DNA from: the human T2T-CHM13v2.0 reference genome, Homo sapiens
Assembly (NCBI RefSeq): GCF_009914755.1
Contig: NC_060934.1
Strand: one strand, 5' to 3'
Length of the DNA: 64,000 nucleotides
Position 1 is the first letter of the stretch; each line of letters starts with the position of its first letter. The position numbers and the translations under genes are program-made. Under the pieces are notes generated by a model, which was given only the letters and a program-made list of their open reading frames with translations, had not been told where the DNA came from and searched no databases. This document shows positions 55,490 to 64,000 of the stretch, piece by piece.

Positions 55490-60895
<5,406 letters not shown>

Positions 60896-61035
60896 AAAGG
60901 ACTAAAAGAAAAACAGCAGGTTTACCAAACTAAAACAGTGTTAATGATTATCACCAGTAAGATGAGTCAGAAATCCATACATGCAGGCTATTTACTTCTT
61001 TGGCATATGCTGTAGTTTTTTTTAAATTGAATTTA

Positions 61036-61284
<249 letters not shown>

Positions 61285-61999
61285 CTATAGAAAGGCAAAG
61301 TTATATTATTTTACTAGAGAAATTCAATAAAAAAAAACTCACTGTACCAATATGATAGTCTCAGGATACTACTGAATTAAGCCATGGCAGAAATCCCTAT
61401 GTGCCAGCTGGGAACCACTCTCTCCTGAGTAGCTCATCCACTAAAGGGGCCACTAACTGTAGTCACAGTATCAGAGACACACTGCACCAACTGGTTCTCC
61501 TTGCCTAGACCCTTTCCATCACCAATTCACTGCATTACATCATAAGGACTTTACTGTCAGCCTCAAGCTCCCAATCCACTTACAATGAAATGGACTAAAT
61601 CCAATCTGCCTTATATTCCTGTGTCCACTAACCACCATCGGAAATCCAACTTCCTTGTTATCTATGATGATTCAAGCCTATCATGCCCCACAAAAACTAC
61701 TGTGAATCTTATGTGCTCCAATTCCTTACCCACCCCTTCTTCCCAAACTCCTATAGATAACTCAGAAGGCAAGAACTCCTCAAAGAGGAGCAAGGTTAAA
61801 AGGTGACAAACTGTAGGTGGGTAAGAAGGGGAATCAACAACTTACACCACAAAGAGTAAATATCACTAACATATAATCTAAAAATGAAAAAAAAAAAGGC
61901 TATCCTAGCTACCTACAACTTCAGGAAAATCATTTATTTCTCCAGGTATCAGTGTCATGAACTCAGAGACTAAACAAAATGGTCTCACGTCCCTTCCAG

Positions 62000-62700
62000 T
62001 TCTACACAGAAAAAAAAAATGGAACAGAGATCTAACAGAAAGCTCACCAAAAAAGCAATGGAACCACTCTTAACCACTGAAAAGATGTTCAACCTCACTC
62101 ATTATAGGAAAGAAATGCAAGTGCAAACCAATATGAGATACTATTTCTCATTCACCCAAATGACAAATATACAAAAGTCTGACAAGACACTCAGCAAAGC
62201 TGTGAGAAAAAACTCTGATGCACTGGTAAGTGATATCCAGCAATATTACACACAGATTTACTTTCTGACCCAGTAAGCTCACTTTTAGGAATGTATCTCA
62301 AAAAATCACTGGCAAAAATACAAAACCATATGTACACAGTTATTCACTGCAGCACTATCTATAATAGCAGAAGACTGGAAACAACCCATATAACTATCAA
62401 TAGGAGACTGTTTGAATAAGCTATAATATCTCCACACAATAGAGTATTATACTGCCATAATAAGGACAAGGAATTCAAGGAATTTCTCTGTTACCATGAC
62501 TCCATGATCTCCAGAATATTGCTAAGGTGAAAAAAAAAATGTGGGAAAAAATGTGTATAATATGCTACTTCTTAACAGAGGGAAATATGAAAATGCATGT
62601 TTTTTTAAAGGAAAAACAAACCTTGGCATTAAAAAAAAAATCACATACAGGAGGAGAGGTAATAAATAGGATAGAGAAAACATGGACAGTAGATAGAATC
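62000..62700 (+). mobile_element. Ancient L1ME-like remnant
   Basis: gaaaagatgttcaacctcactc...gactggaaacaaccc motifs. Confidence 0.65.
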
Positions 62701-62745
62701 CCTTAAGCATATCTTGTTTCACAGATTTCTCTTTGGAACTACATA

Positions 62746-64000
<1,255 letters not shown>

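Overview
Primate (very probably human) genomic DNA, AT-rich and dense in repeats. It carries the 5' half of ABI1 (Abl interactor 1, a WAVE regulatory complex subunit) on the minus strand. Seven coding exons can be read with canonical GT-AG boundaries and join in frame: exons 2-8, including a 15-nt microexon (WLKAK) and an 81-nt symmetric proline-rich cassette exon. Intron 2 is about 45.9 kb. It holds a full-length U6 snRNA retrocopy fused to a 5'-truncated L1, and an old two-LTR ERVL-class provirus with protease, RNase H, integrase and env remnants but no visible RT core. It also holds a THE1 solo LTR, MLT1/MER21-type LTRs, Tigger/hAT DNA transposon fossils and a palindromic AT-rich minisatellite. 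About 38 Alu copies or fragments occur across the window, strongly biased antisense to ABI1. Almost all ORFs in the supplied track are Alu/L1/LTR artefacts. I found no convincing novel biological system. The best leads are the U6/L1 chimera, the RT-less env-bearing provirus, the microexon's regulatory context and the palindromic repeat. Repeat boundaries and subfamily names come from visual recognition and are approximate.
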